Positions 9,118-17,145 of a stretch of 64,000 nt of DNA are shown one piece after another. Positions within the stretch are counted from its first letter, which is position 1; each line of letters starts with the position of its first letter. The notes beneath the pieces were generated by a model that worked only from the letters and a program-made list of their open reading frames with translations, searched no databases and had not been told where the DNA came from. Made by a program: the position numbers and the translations under genes. Source of the stretch: Parcubacteria group bacterium 21-54-25 (GTDB lineage Bacteria; Patescibacteriota; Minisyncoccia; Phycocordibacterales; Phycocordibacteraceae); assembly GCA_002255585.1 (NCBI GenBank), contig NCBJ01000006.1, forward strand, positions 94 through 64,093. Direction: 5' to 3'.

Positions 9118-9681
9118 GTGGACCTTCCGAAAGGCTCGGGGAATTGGTATACCGGCAAGCACACCCCGCTCATCACTCAAGAACTCTTTCAAGCGGTGCA
9201 GGAGAAAATCGCTGAAGAGAGCCAGCCCAAGCACAAGTTCAAAAAGTGGAACTTCACCAAGCTCCTTATCTGTGGATACTGCGGCTCCAGCATCACCGCC
9301 CAAGAGAGGGCCAAGATATTGAGTACCGGAGAACCCGTCTCCTATGTCTATTATTCCTGCTCCCGCGCCAAGGACGTGAACTGCAAGAATCCGTACCTGC
9401 GGGAAGAGAAACTCACCGAGCAGCTAACGAATCTCGTCGGCCGTGTTTCACTCGACGAAATCGGTGCACGCCATCTCATTGAGCGTGAGGTATCCAGGTA
9501 CAACAAGCTCAGAGCGGAGGTTGAAGGAAAGAGTGAAATCATCAAGGCGAAGGAGATGGACATACGCAAATACGCCAAGTATCTGCTCAAGAACGGATCA
9601 AGAGAAGAAAAGCGCGAACTTCTTGAGCACCTGCGTGATCGGCTCATCCTGAACGATCGCGCGATCACGCTCGCTGACTGA
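9118..9681 (+). pseudogene. Large serine recombinase remnant (recombinase domain + zinc ribbon + coiled coil; the N-terminal catalytic resolvase domain is absent)
   Basis: It begins with GTG within the recombinase domain ([14 protein letters not shown]). It has a zinc-ribbon C-x-x-C ... YYSCS motif ([12 protein letters not shown]...YYSCSRAKD) and a coiled-coil tail. About 250 aa of N-terminal catalytic domain are missing. A tRNA gene lies 100 bp downstream. Confidence 0.6.
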
Positions 9682-9783
9682 CACAAAGGCGCGGCATGTG
9701 TCGCGTCTTTGTGCGGGAATAGCTCTCGCGGTTGCGAACTGGAGTTGAGGCCTCGCGGTCGGGAAACCACGTGCTGACTGCTG

Positions 9784-9854
9784 TGCGGGCAGGGAGAATC
9801 GAACTCCCGACTACTGCTTGGAAGGCAGTCGTTTTACCACTAAACCATGCCCGC
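9784..9854 (-). tRNA. tRNA-Gly (anticodon UCC), 71 nt, no encoded CCA
   Basis: Manual fold of GCGGGCA-TG-GTTT-AGTGGTA-AAAC-G-ACTGC-CTTCCAA-GCAGT-AGTC-GGGAG-TTCGATT-CTCCC-TGCCCGC-A. The anticodon loop is CTTCCAA. The GTTCGATTC T-arm is canonical. Confidence 0.8.
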
Positions 9855-9915
9855 GGTTTTGTATGTAGCATAGCAAAAACGAGACTTTATCGCACGGCTC
9901 GGGTAGCATACCAGT

Positions 9916-11058
9916 ATGAGAACGTACCTTGTATCGGGGAGTATTGCGGCCGCAGCCGCAGCTTTTGTATTTTTGTATGTATGGTGGCCGGGCGTGCCCG
10001 CCGCTAATGCCCCTGTTGTCGCACCTGCTCTCGCGACCACTTCCGCCGCCGCACCCATTGAAACGGCCCCACCCGCCACGACAGGCGCACCGCCGCCGCT
10101 AAGCAGTACCGACAACGCTGTCTTTTCCCGCAAAGAACAGCCGAGCAAAACGAGTTCGTCAACGCCGGTCACGCAGGCACCCACCAGCACGCCGAGTGCA
10201 GCTGCGGTGCAGGACTCGCTCGCACAGGGCGCCACCGCGCTACGTGCGGCATTGGTAAATATTATTTGCACCACGACGGCGGGGGGCGGAATTCGCTCGA
10301 TTTCAGGCAGCGGCGTCATCGTCAGCGCAAAAGGTGTCATTCTCACCAACGCACACATAGGCCAGTACTTCCTGCTTACTAACTACCCCAGCCCCGACAG
10401 TACAGACTGTGTGGTGCGTACGGGCAGCCCCGCCACTCCCGCATATAAAGCCAAGTTGATATTCATCTCACCCACATGGATCCACGACAATCCGAACACT
10501 CTTACAGAAATAGCGCCCACCGGCACAGGCGAACACGACATCGCCCTGCTCGCAATCACGAAAAGTGACACCGGCGCCCCTCTGCCTACATCCTTCCCTT
10601 CCGTATCTCTCGCAACGCGCGTACCGTTTCTCGGAGAGCCAGTTGTCATTGAATCGTACGCTGCGCAGTTCCTCTCAGCAAGCGAAATTGAATCCTCGCT
10701 CTACCCAACCATCGTGTACGGCACCATAAAAAACGTGTATACCTTTGCCACCACTACAGTTGACGTTGTGTCTTTGGGTGGAACTGCTGCCGCGCAAGAA
10801 GGGTCTTCCGGTGGAGGCATCCTCGACTCTGCAGGAAAGCTTATTTCAACCATAACCACGAGCACCGTAAAGGGCGCAACAAGTAGTCGTACGCTCTATG
10901 CCATCACCGCGTCCTACATTCGGCGTGACTATGCGGCAGAAACGTCCCGCTCGCTTAACGACCTCTTAGCTGAGTCGACAAGCACTGCGGTAGCTGACTT
11001 TGCACCCACGCGTTCAACGCTTACCACCTTTCTTTTGCACGCACTTTCCGGACAATAA
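9916..11058 (+). CDS. Membrane-anchored trypsin-like (S1/chymotrypsin-fold) serine protease with a Pro/Thr/Ala-rich linker
   Basis: The catalytic triad context is TNAHI (His), DIALL (Asp) and GSSGGGI (Ser). There is an N-terminal TM helix and a low-complexity linker. Confidence 0.75.
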   Translation: MRTYLVSGSIAAAAAAFVFLYVWWPGVPAANAPVVAPALATTSAAAPIETAPPATTGAPPPLSSTDNAVFSRKEQPSKTSSSTPVTQAPTSTPSAAAVQDSLAQGATALRAALVNIICTTTAGGGIRSISGSGVIVSAKGVILTNAHIGQYFLLTNYPSPDSTDCVVRTGSPATPAYKAKLIFISPTWIHDNPNTLTEIAPTGTGEHDIALLAITKSDTGAPLPTSFPSVSLATRVPFLGEPVVIESYAAQFLSASEIESSLYPTIVYGTIKNVYTFATTTVDVVSLGGTAAAQEGSSGGGILDSAGKLISTITTSTVKGATSSRTLYAITASYIRRDYAAETSRSLNDLLAESTSTAVADFAPTRSTLTTFLLHALSGQ

Positions 11059-11059
11059 A

Positions 11060-12106
11060 TTATGACTCCGAAACAACATGTACGGTGCGCGTTGGAAAAG
11101 CAAACGCAACCTTCTCTTTCTCAAAAAGTTCCATGATTGCCAGGTTTATTTCCTGCTGACGATCCATGTACTCAGTGTAGTCGCCTGAGGGAACGTGGTA
11201 CACAATATCGAAATCAAGTGCAGAGTCGCCGAAGCTTGCGAAGTGAACACGTTCAACACGCACGCCTTGGATTGCCTCCATGTGTGTACGAATTTTTGCT
11301 GCAAGTCCGGCTATGGTCTCGCGCGGAGTGCCGTATTCGATGCCGATGTGCGTTTCGACGCGACGATCCTGCATCGTGTGGAAGTTTTGAACACGTACGG
11401 ACGTGAGTTCCCGGTTAGAAATGATTATCTCTTCGCCCTGAAGCGCACGCAGGCGAGTGGTTTTGATACCAATTCGCTCGACCACGCCCATATGCGACCC
11501 CACGATGATGAAGTCCCCAACCACAAAAGGTTTATCGAAGTAAATTGCAAATGAGCTGAAGAGATCGGTGAGGATATTCTGAAGCGCAAACGCAATGGCG
11601 ACACCGCCAATACCCAACCCCGCAATCAGTGAAGTAATGTTGATACCGAGGTTAGAAAGAAGGAGGAGGACCGCAACAATCCACAGCGCGCCCTTAATAA
11701 GAGCAGAAAGAAACCGTCGTGCGGTTCGCTCTTCAGCTCCTGCCGCCCCGTGCGCAAGGTACAGGTCCGTTGCGATACCGAGTGCCCGTATAGCATAGAG
11801 CAGCACCACTCCCAACAAGAGGCCGTTTGAGACTGTGTAGGCAACCGGTGGGAGCGGGAGCGTCAAAAGGCCAAGATATATTGCAATAAACCAGTAAAAA
11901 GGTGGCTTAATACTGCGCACCATCGCTACGACAGCGTCGTCAATTTTTGTTGTGGTACGTAAGGACAGGCGCTCAAAATATACAAGAAGACGGTTCTGGA
12001 TGAGCGCAAACGCAAGCAGTGCAATTATGATGACGGCGAGCGCTGTCGTGATTGCGCTGCTATAGAATACGAGAAAATGTAGTGGCGGCGTGAAAGAAAA
12101 TGACAT
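11060..12106 (-). CDS. Mechanosensitive ion channel (MscS family)
   Basis: It has several N-terminal TM helices. The conserved MscS pore/beta domain (FDKPFVVGDFIIVGSHMGVVERIGIKTTRLRALQGEEIIISN) is present. Confidence 0.8.
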   Translation of the reverse strand: MSFSFTPPLHFLVFYSSAITTALAVIIIALLAFALIQNRLLVYFERLSLRTTTKIDDAVVAMVRSIKPPFYWFIAIYLGLLTLPLPPVAYTVSNGLLLGVVLLYAIRALGIATDLYLAHGAAGAEERTARRFLSALIKGALWIVAVLLLLSNLGINITSLIAGLGIGGVAIAFALQNILTDLFSSFAIYFDKPFVVGDFIIVGSHMGVVERIGIKTTRLRALQGEEIIISNRELTSVRVQNFHTMQDRRVETHIGIEYGTPRETIAGLAAKIRTHMEAIQGVRVERVHFASFGDSALDFDIVYHVPSGDYTEYMDRQQEINLAIMELFEKEKVAFAFPTRTVHVVSES

Positions 12107-12167
12107 GTTCTCTGTGTATGCGAAAGTGTGGTGGCTGTCAAGCGACGCTTCTGCGCAGGACTGCTGT

Positions 12168-12241
12168 TGGTCGGGCCGCTGGGAATCGAACCCAGTCTAC
12201 ATCCTCCCAAAGGATGCGTACTACCGGTATACGACGGCCCG
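12168..12241 (-). tRNA. tRNA-Pro (anticodon UGG), with encoded CCA
   Basis: CGGGCCG-TC-GTAT-ACCGGTA-GTAC-G-CATCC-TTTGGGA-GGATG-TAGA-CTGGG-TTCGATT-CCCAG-CGGCCCG-A-CCA. C1-G72 is typical of bacterial tRNA-Pro. Confidence 0.85.
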
Positions 12242-12338
12242 TGGTGGGGATAGCGTAGCACATAACTTATGCGCTGTCTTAATGAGGGGTGTGCCGCACT
12301 CGCTAACCAGGCGGCCCCACAAAAACCAATCTCTCTAT

Positions 12339-13208
12339 TTATGCCTTCTCGGAAACGGGGGTTTCGCTCAGCACCTCTTGCACACGACTTGCGATTTCTT
12401 CCAGGTTAAAGTTCGCCTTGACCATAAAACCTTTCGCGCCCAGGTGCATAGCCCGATCAATGTCTTCCTGTTGCCCCAAATTAGAAAGTATCATCACAGG
12501 CACGGCCGCAAGTCGCTCATCTTTCTTCAGGCGCGCAAGAATTTCAAATCCATCGACATCAGGAAGCAGTAGGTCGAGCAAAATAATATCTGGCTTCCAT
12601 TGTTCAAGTATAGAAAACGCCTCCTTCCCATCGACCGCATGCCGTACATCAAGACCAATCGTCGTCAATTTGCGAACAAAAAGGTCGCGGAGAAACTTAT
12701 CATCCTCAACCACGAGGGCGCGCTGGCCGACCACGCCATCCGTGCGTGCCTTCGCGGCATCAGAACCCGCGTGGGCAGTATCGTAATCGAGATCGACGTG
12801 CGTTTCCCCTTTTGGCACATCCTGTCCGATCTGCTCACCGAGTAGTACACGCGCCTTTTCAAGTACTTCCGATGGATCGAAAACTGCTTTGATTAAAAAG
12901 TCACGGGCACCGAGCTTCTTTGCTCGCTCAATCTCTACCGGTTGGCCGGAATTTGAGATGATCATAACGGGAATACTCTTGAGCGCCTGATCACCGTTCA
13001 TCTCTTCCAGTACTTCCATACCATTTTTGTGTGGCATGAGAATATCCAGCAGTATTAGGTCGGGACGAAATCCTGCATGTAATTTTTGAAGCGCAATACT
13101 GCCATCCTCCGCTCCTTCAACAAGGTAGCCGCTCTGTGAGAGTTTTTCGAGCAACACGGTGCGCAGCACCGTGTCGTCCTCAACGACGAAAATAGTCTTT
13201 TGGTTCAT
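12339..13208 (-). CDS. Response regulator with two tandem receiver (REC) domains and no output domain
   Basis: It has two phosphoacceptor sites, DLILLDILMP and DIILLDLLLP. There are conserved K residues (IMIISNSGQ, VMILSNLGQ) and an N-terminal DD pair. Confidence 0.8.
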   Translation of the reverse strand: MNQKTIFVVEDDTVLRTVLLEKLSQSGYLVEGAEDGSIALQKLHAGFRPDLILLDILMPHKNGMEVLEEMNGDQALKSIPVMIISNSGQPVEIERAKKLGARDFLIKAVFDPSEVLEKARVLLGEQIGQDVPKGETHVDLDYDTAHAGSDAAKARTDGVVGQRALVVEDDKFLRDLFVRKLTTIGLDVRHAVDGKEAFSILEQWKPDIILLDLLLPDVDGFEILARLKKDERLAAVPVMILSNLGQQEDIDRAMHLGAKGFMVKANFNLEEIASRVQEVLSETPVSEKA

Positions 13209-13286
13209 GGGACATCTATGCTATGTATCATAGTACAGGGTTGGCTACTTCACTACCGTGACCTGTGGATGGTTGGCCCGGTCATA

Positions 13287-15098
13287 TCATGTGTCATCAA
13301 CCGTAATGTCGTCTTGTGGAATACGGCGCGCGTCCAACGGAAGCGCAAGCGTAAACACTGTGCCCACTCCTTCTGTAGACGAGACGGTGAGCGCGCCCCC
13401 GTGTCGAATAACAACGTTTTTCGCGAGATAGAGGCCGAGGCCAGATCCGCTTGTTTGCATATGCAACGCATTGTCTGCGCGGAAAAACTTTGTAAATAAC
13501 CGCGGCATTTGAGACGCGGGTATGCCGATACCGGTGTCGCGTATGTGCGTAATGAGATGCTCTTTGTCGACTGAAACATCAATCGTTACCGTACCACCGA
13601 CGGGCGTATATTTCACCGCGTTATCGATAAGATTTTGGAAAACGAGTGCCATTTTGTTCGCGTCAAAGGTCAGTGGCGGGAGCGTGGCGGACGGCATTTT
13701 TACTACCACCGACACCTGGTTACTTTGCGCGAACCCTTTTATTGAAGCGAGGACGCTTTCAATCACTGGCATAAGATCGCCTTGTTTAAATGTGTATCCA
13801 AAACGACCTTCCTCAATACGCGCAACGTTGAGCAGGTCGTTAACCAACTGAATCATTTTTTCGTTCGTCTCGTACCCATTGGTGAGCAATTCTTTTTGTG
13901 ACGGCTGCAGGGGGCCCGTGTCGCCATTAATAACCATATGCAATACCCACTTAATTGCGGAGAGCGGCGTGCGCAGTTGGTGTGCGGCAATGGAAATAAA
14001 TTCACTTTTGCTCCGCGCAATTGTTTTCTCTCGAGTAATATCGCGTACCAGCTTTATAAAGCCCTGTCGTGCGCCAGTGGCACGGCTGAGCACGGGTGTC
14101 GTCGTTACTTGCAGTTCGCGCTCGAGCGGGTAGGTCACCTTAATCTCTGTTATATCGACATCTTTTCCGGCGTTCTCTCGTGTCATTTTTTTCGCCACGG
14201 GGGCGAGCGCTGGGTACGACACATCTACCAGTGTCTGCCAGTGTGGTTTATGCAGATCCCTTGGGAACACTTGGTGTCCCGTTACTTCATTGGGCGATAC
14301 TCCGAGTAATTCTTCCGCCTTGCGGTTCATACGTAATAAGGTAAAGGCGTTGTCGTATTCAAGCAGTCCATTTGGAAGGGTGTCGATGAGTGTTTCCACA
14401 TGTACTTTTGCTCGTGTAATTTCTTCTGTCTTTTCTTCAACTTGCTTCTCGAGATGTTTTGCGTATTCCTCTGCTAATGCGCGCCGATCCGCTTCTGTTT
14501 TCTGGATTGCGAGGATTCGTTCTGCTTGCTCACGCTTACGGTCTACTGCGATTTGACGCAAGTCTTCTACCATGAGCCTGACGCCTACGTAGAGCTCGGT
14601 GAATTCATTTTCTTCGCGCGGTACGTTTGGCACGGTGGAAAAATCTCCGGTCGCAGCGCGCTGCAAAATTGGCGTGAGCTCCGAAAGTTGTTGAGCGGTA
14701 TGTTCTTTATAGTGCTCAAGTGTTTTTTCTTTAGTGATATCACGAAATACTAAAATACCCACGACCCCGTCTTCGAGTGAAATGGTGCGGGACGCAACGA
14801 ATACTGGAAATCGTCGCCCAGAATGTGTGGTGACATACGCTGTTGCACCCTGGGGAACGGTGTAGGTCTTTTTTTTTGCAAAAACGGTATGTGCGATACC
14901 CGGGAAAGGTGTCGTTGGAGCATTCTCCATAGTCAGCTGCAATACAGTGTCAATCTGTTTGTGTATGATTTCATCGGTCGTACAGTCAAGCAGCAGACTT
15001 GCGTGCGGATTTACGAGAGTAACCGTGCCGTCAGGCGCGTACACAATAACTCCCTCCGCAACGAAAGAGAGCACCCCACTGAGAATTGACTGCGTCAC
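13287..15098 (-). CDS. Cytoplasmic multi-PAS sensor histidine kinase
   Basis: The HisKA H-box is AAHQLRTPLSAI. The HATPase_c region has N/G1/G2 boxes (NLIDNAVKYT, IRDTGIGIP, GSGLGLYLAK). Upstream there are PAS-like repeats and a coiled coil. No TM helix is present. Confidence 0.85.
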   Translation of the reverse strand: MTQSILSGVLSFVAEGVIVYAPDGTVTLVNPHASLLLDCTTDEIIHKQIDTVLQLTMENAPTTPFPGIAHTVFAKKKTYTVPQGATAYVTTHSGRRFPVFVASRTISLEDGVVGILVFRDITKEKTLEHYKEHTAQQLSELTPILQRAATGDFSTVPNVPREENEFTELYVGVRLMVEDLRQIAVDRKREQAERILAIQKTEADRRALAEEYAKHLEKQVEEKTEEITRAKVHVETLIDTLPNGLLEYDNAFTLLRMNRKAEELLGVSPNEVTGHQVFPRDLHKPHWQTLVDVSYPALAPVAKKMTRENAGKDVDITEIKVTYPLERELQVTTTPVLSRATGARQGFIKLVRDITREKTIARSKSEFISIAAHQLRTPLSAIKWVLHMVINGDTGPLQPSQKELLTNGYETNEKMIQLVNDLLNVARIEEGRFGYTFKQGDLMPVIESVLASIKGFAQSNQVSVVVKMPSATLPPLTFDANKMALVFQNLIDNAVKYTPVGGTVTIDVSVDKEHLITHIRDTGIGIPASQMPRLFTKFFRADNALHMQTSGSGLGLYLAKNVVIRHGGALTVSSTEGVGTVFTLALPLDARRIPQDDITVDDT

Positions 15099-15113
15099 AA
15101 ACGTGTTGATATG

Positions 15114-15335
15114 TTACGCGGCGGGTGACGTGACGGTGTCGGTACCGTGAGACGAATTTGTCGATATGTCGGTAATTGCCGCCCGACATTTTTTCTCTAT
15201 GTTTGGTGGAATAACTGGTAGGTTGTGTTCATGCGCCGCGTGTTCTTCTGCTTGCCGCATAACATCTTCTTCTGACTCCCCAACGAACTTCATATCGCAG
15301 TCAACACCAATGTCGTGGCACGTAAGCTGTTTCAT
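15114..15335 (-). CDS. DUF1059-family small metal-binding protein
   Basis: MKQLTCHDIGVDCDMKFVGESEEDVMRQAEEHAAHEHNL matches the DUF1059 signature. The start is taken at this Met; the ORF track extends it to 15428. Confidence 0.55.
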   Translation of the reverse strand: MKQLTCHDIGVDCDMKFVGESEEDVMRQAEEHAAHEHNLPVIPPNIEKKCRAAITDISTNSSHGTDTVTSPAA

Positions 15336-15372
15336 GTGAGTGGTTCTTATGTTGAATAAGGGACCGATGTCA

Positions 15373-15765
15373 TCAGGCGTGCTCGCCTGTGGCAACGAGC
15401 CACGTGCGCGCTTCTTGTTCGGTCGCAAAGAATTTTATATTTTTACGCTGTGACGCTCCTATGACAAACATGGCAAGTGTACGTATAAACGTATTGCCAC
15501 CAAAAATCGCAGTTTTTACAATCGCGGGGTGTTGAAGGAAGGCGACCCAACGACGACGAGCCGCTGACGAGAAATCGGTTGAATGTCGGATGTCGATCAG
15601 AACTCGGCTCGCCTCATTACGGTCTAAAAAAATTCTCCCCGCCGCGTCAAGGCGCTCTGCCTCTTTGTCATCGATCGGGACATTTAAGCGATATACAAGG
15701 ATGTCCTCTTCACGACGTACTTCGTTCCTTTTTTCGACTATATTTTGTGTAGCGCTCTCTGTCAT
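15373..15765 (-). CDS. STAS-like (anti-sigma-factor-antagonist-like) protein, hypothetical
   Basis: 130 aa. The C-terminal FATEQEARTWL resembles the SpoIIAA/STAS C-terminus. It is adjacent to the HK/REC genes. The call is weak. Confidence 0.4.
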   Translation of the reverse strand: MTESATQNIVEKRNEVRREEDILVYRLNVPIDDKEAERLDAAGRIFLDRNEASRVLIDIRHSTDFSSAARRRWVAFLQHPAIVKTAIFGGNTFIRTLAMFVIGASQRKNIKFFATEQEARTWLVATGEHA

Positions 15766-15860
15766 ACCTGTTCAGTACTTTCAGTATACCAATACTGCAC
15801 GCGGTCAACTGTCCTGGGTGGGTACAAGGTTGTGTGTTGCCGCGTGGACACAAATCAAGG

Positions 15861-15931
15861 TCGGGCCGCCGGGAATTGAACCCGGTCTACATCCACCCCA
15901 TGGATGCGTACTACCGGTATACTACGGCCCG
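15861..15931 (-). tRNA. tRNA-Pro (anticodon GGG), 71 nt
   Basis: CGGGCCG-TA-GTAT-ACCGGTA-GTAC-G-CATCC-ATGGGGT-GGATG-TAGA-CCGGG-TTCAATT-CCCGG-CGGCCCG-A. It is a paralogue of the UGG tRNA at 12168. Confidence 0.8.
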
Positions 15932-16051
15932 AGTGAGGATAGCGTACCATACCGAGCTTGCTCGTGTATGAACGCTCGCCCGAACGAGGAGACGTATCTG
16001 CACTCTGTGCGGCCAGATCCCGTTTAGAAAACGGTCACGCGCAAGAACAGG

Positions 16052-16450
16052 TTACACGAGCTGGGGTAAATAACGTACTCGCGCAATACCATCACGACGA
16101 CGCAGCCATACGACAATCCCGTCGACCTGCCACTCTCCTTCCCAATGCTTCTCCGCGATGTACCATTGCCCTGTACGAACGACTTTACGCAACTTTGCTG
16201 GGTGCAGGTTTTCTGTTGGATTAAAAAGTGTGCTTTCGGTTATGTCCGGTGCGGGGAACTCGTCGCACGCAACGCTTTTTACTTCGACAACATGCAGTGT
16301 CGTGCGCTTTATAGCAACCAAATCAAGTTCACCCGTCTTACGCGCCACGTTTGTATCGAGCACGGAGAAACCATTCCGACGCAAATATTCAGCCGCGGCG
16401 CGCTCACCAAGCGCGCCGATTTGTTTGCGTGACCACCCGGACAAATTCAC
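16052..16450 (-). CDS. YraN/UPF0102-family endonuclease-like protein
   Basis: IGALGERAAAEYLRRNGFSVLDTNVARKTGELDLVAIKRTTLHVVEVK matches the UPF0102 core. Confidence 0.7.
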   Translation of the reverse strand: MNLSGWSRKQIGALGERAAAEYLRRNGFSVLDTNVARKTGELDLVAIKRTTLHVVEVKSVACDEFPAPDITESTLFNPTENLHPAKLRKVVRTGQWYIAEKHWEGEWQVDGIVVWLRRRDGIARVRYLPQLV

Positions 16451-16634
16451 GATCGCAGTATACCATTGGCCTAGAAGAATACTTTCTATCCGCTGTTTAT
16501 TTTAAGAACACTGTTTTTGTCCTTTATCCCCACTATGCACAGGTTTGTCCACACATAAAAACAGGCGAGTTGGCGTTGCTTCCCAACGTATTAGCCTCAA
16601 AATACTCTCAAAAGTAAGATCGCTGGTTGTTTTG

Positions 16635-16705
16635 TGCGGATAGGGAGAATCGAACTCCCGACTCGTCCTTGGCAAGGACGCATTTTACCACTAAACCATA
16701 TCCGC
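16635..16705 (-). tRNA. tRNA-Gly (anticodon GCC), 71 nt
   Basis: GCGGATA-TG-GTTT-AGTGGTA-AAAT-G-CGTCC-TTGCCAA-GGACG-AGTC-GGGAG-TTCGATT-CTCCC-TATCCGC-A. It is closely related to the UCC tRNA at 9784. Confidence 0.85.
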
Positions 16706-17008
16706 TTACGGGAAAATATATCACGGGCAAGCATACGTAACCAGGGCCGCGTCTGCACAAATCAGCGTGGCGACGTGCGGAACGCAGGCATAAATAGCGA
16801 AGCAACGATACCAACCCCACCCCCCGCAAGACCTGCGTTCCTGGAATTTAATCCAAAATGAGTTGCGGTAACCCACGCAACACCAAGAGCAACAAACGCT
16901 ACTGCAGATCCTTGCCATACCATCGGCCACGTAATCCGTTTATTATAGTTATCCATTGATTTGTGTTTTGTATTTGCAACAAGTCGTCGCCTTAAAACCG
17001 ATAGCTTG

Positions 17009-17080
17009 TGCCCCCGCCAGGACTCGAACCCAGAACGCCTGGTCCGAAGCCAGGTGTGATATCCATTTCACCACAGGGGC
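17009..17080 (-). tRNA. tRNA-Arg (anticodon UCG), 72 nt
   Basis: GCCCCTG-TG-GTGA-AATGGAT-ATCAC-A-CCTGG-CTTCGGA-CCAGG-CGTT-CTGGG-TTCGAGT-CCTGG-CGGGGGC-A. The anticodon stem is perfect. The T-stem has G-U pairs. Confidence 0.75.
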
Positions 17081-17145
17081 GTGGTACTCATCCATACTAC
17101 TTCCCTGCTAGGAAAAACGCCACACGAGTATTAGTATGGCAATAC

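Noticed and set aside
9784-9854. Initial reading of this tRNA as tRNA-Trp(CCA)
   Set aside because: Re-folding shows the anticodon stem ACTGC/GCAGT with loop CTTCCAA, so positions 34-36 are UCC (Gly), not CCA.
16762-16956. 64-aa minus-strand ORF between tRNA-Gly and tRNA-Arg
   Set aside because: It is hydrophobic or Gly-rich but short, and it lies in a tRNA-dense intergenic region with no RBS or conservation evidence. It is left unannotated.
17008-17145. Upstream extension of the cca ORF (start 17008)
   Set aside because: It would completely overlap tRNA-Arg(UCG) on the opposite strand. The conserved CCA-enzyme N-terminus begins at ATG 17146.
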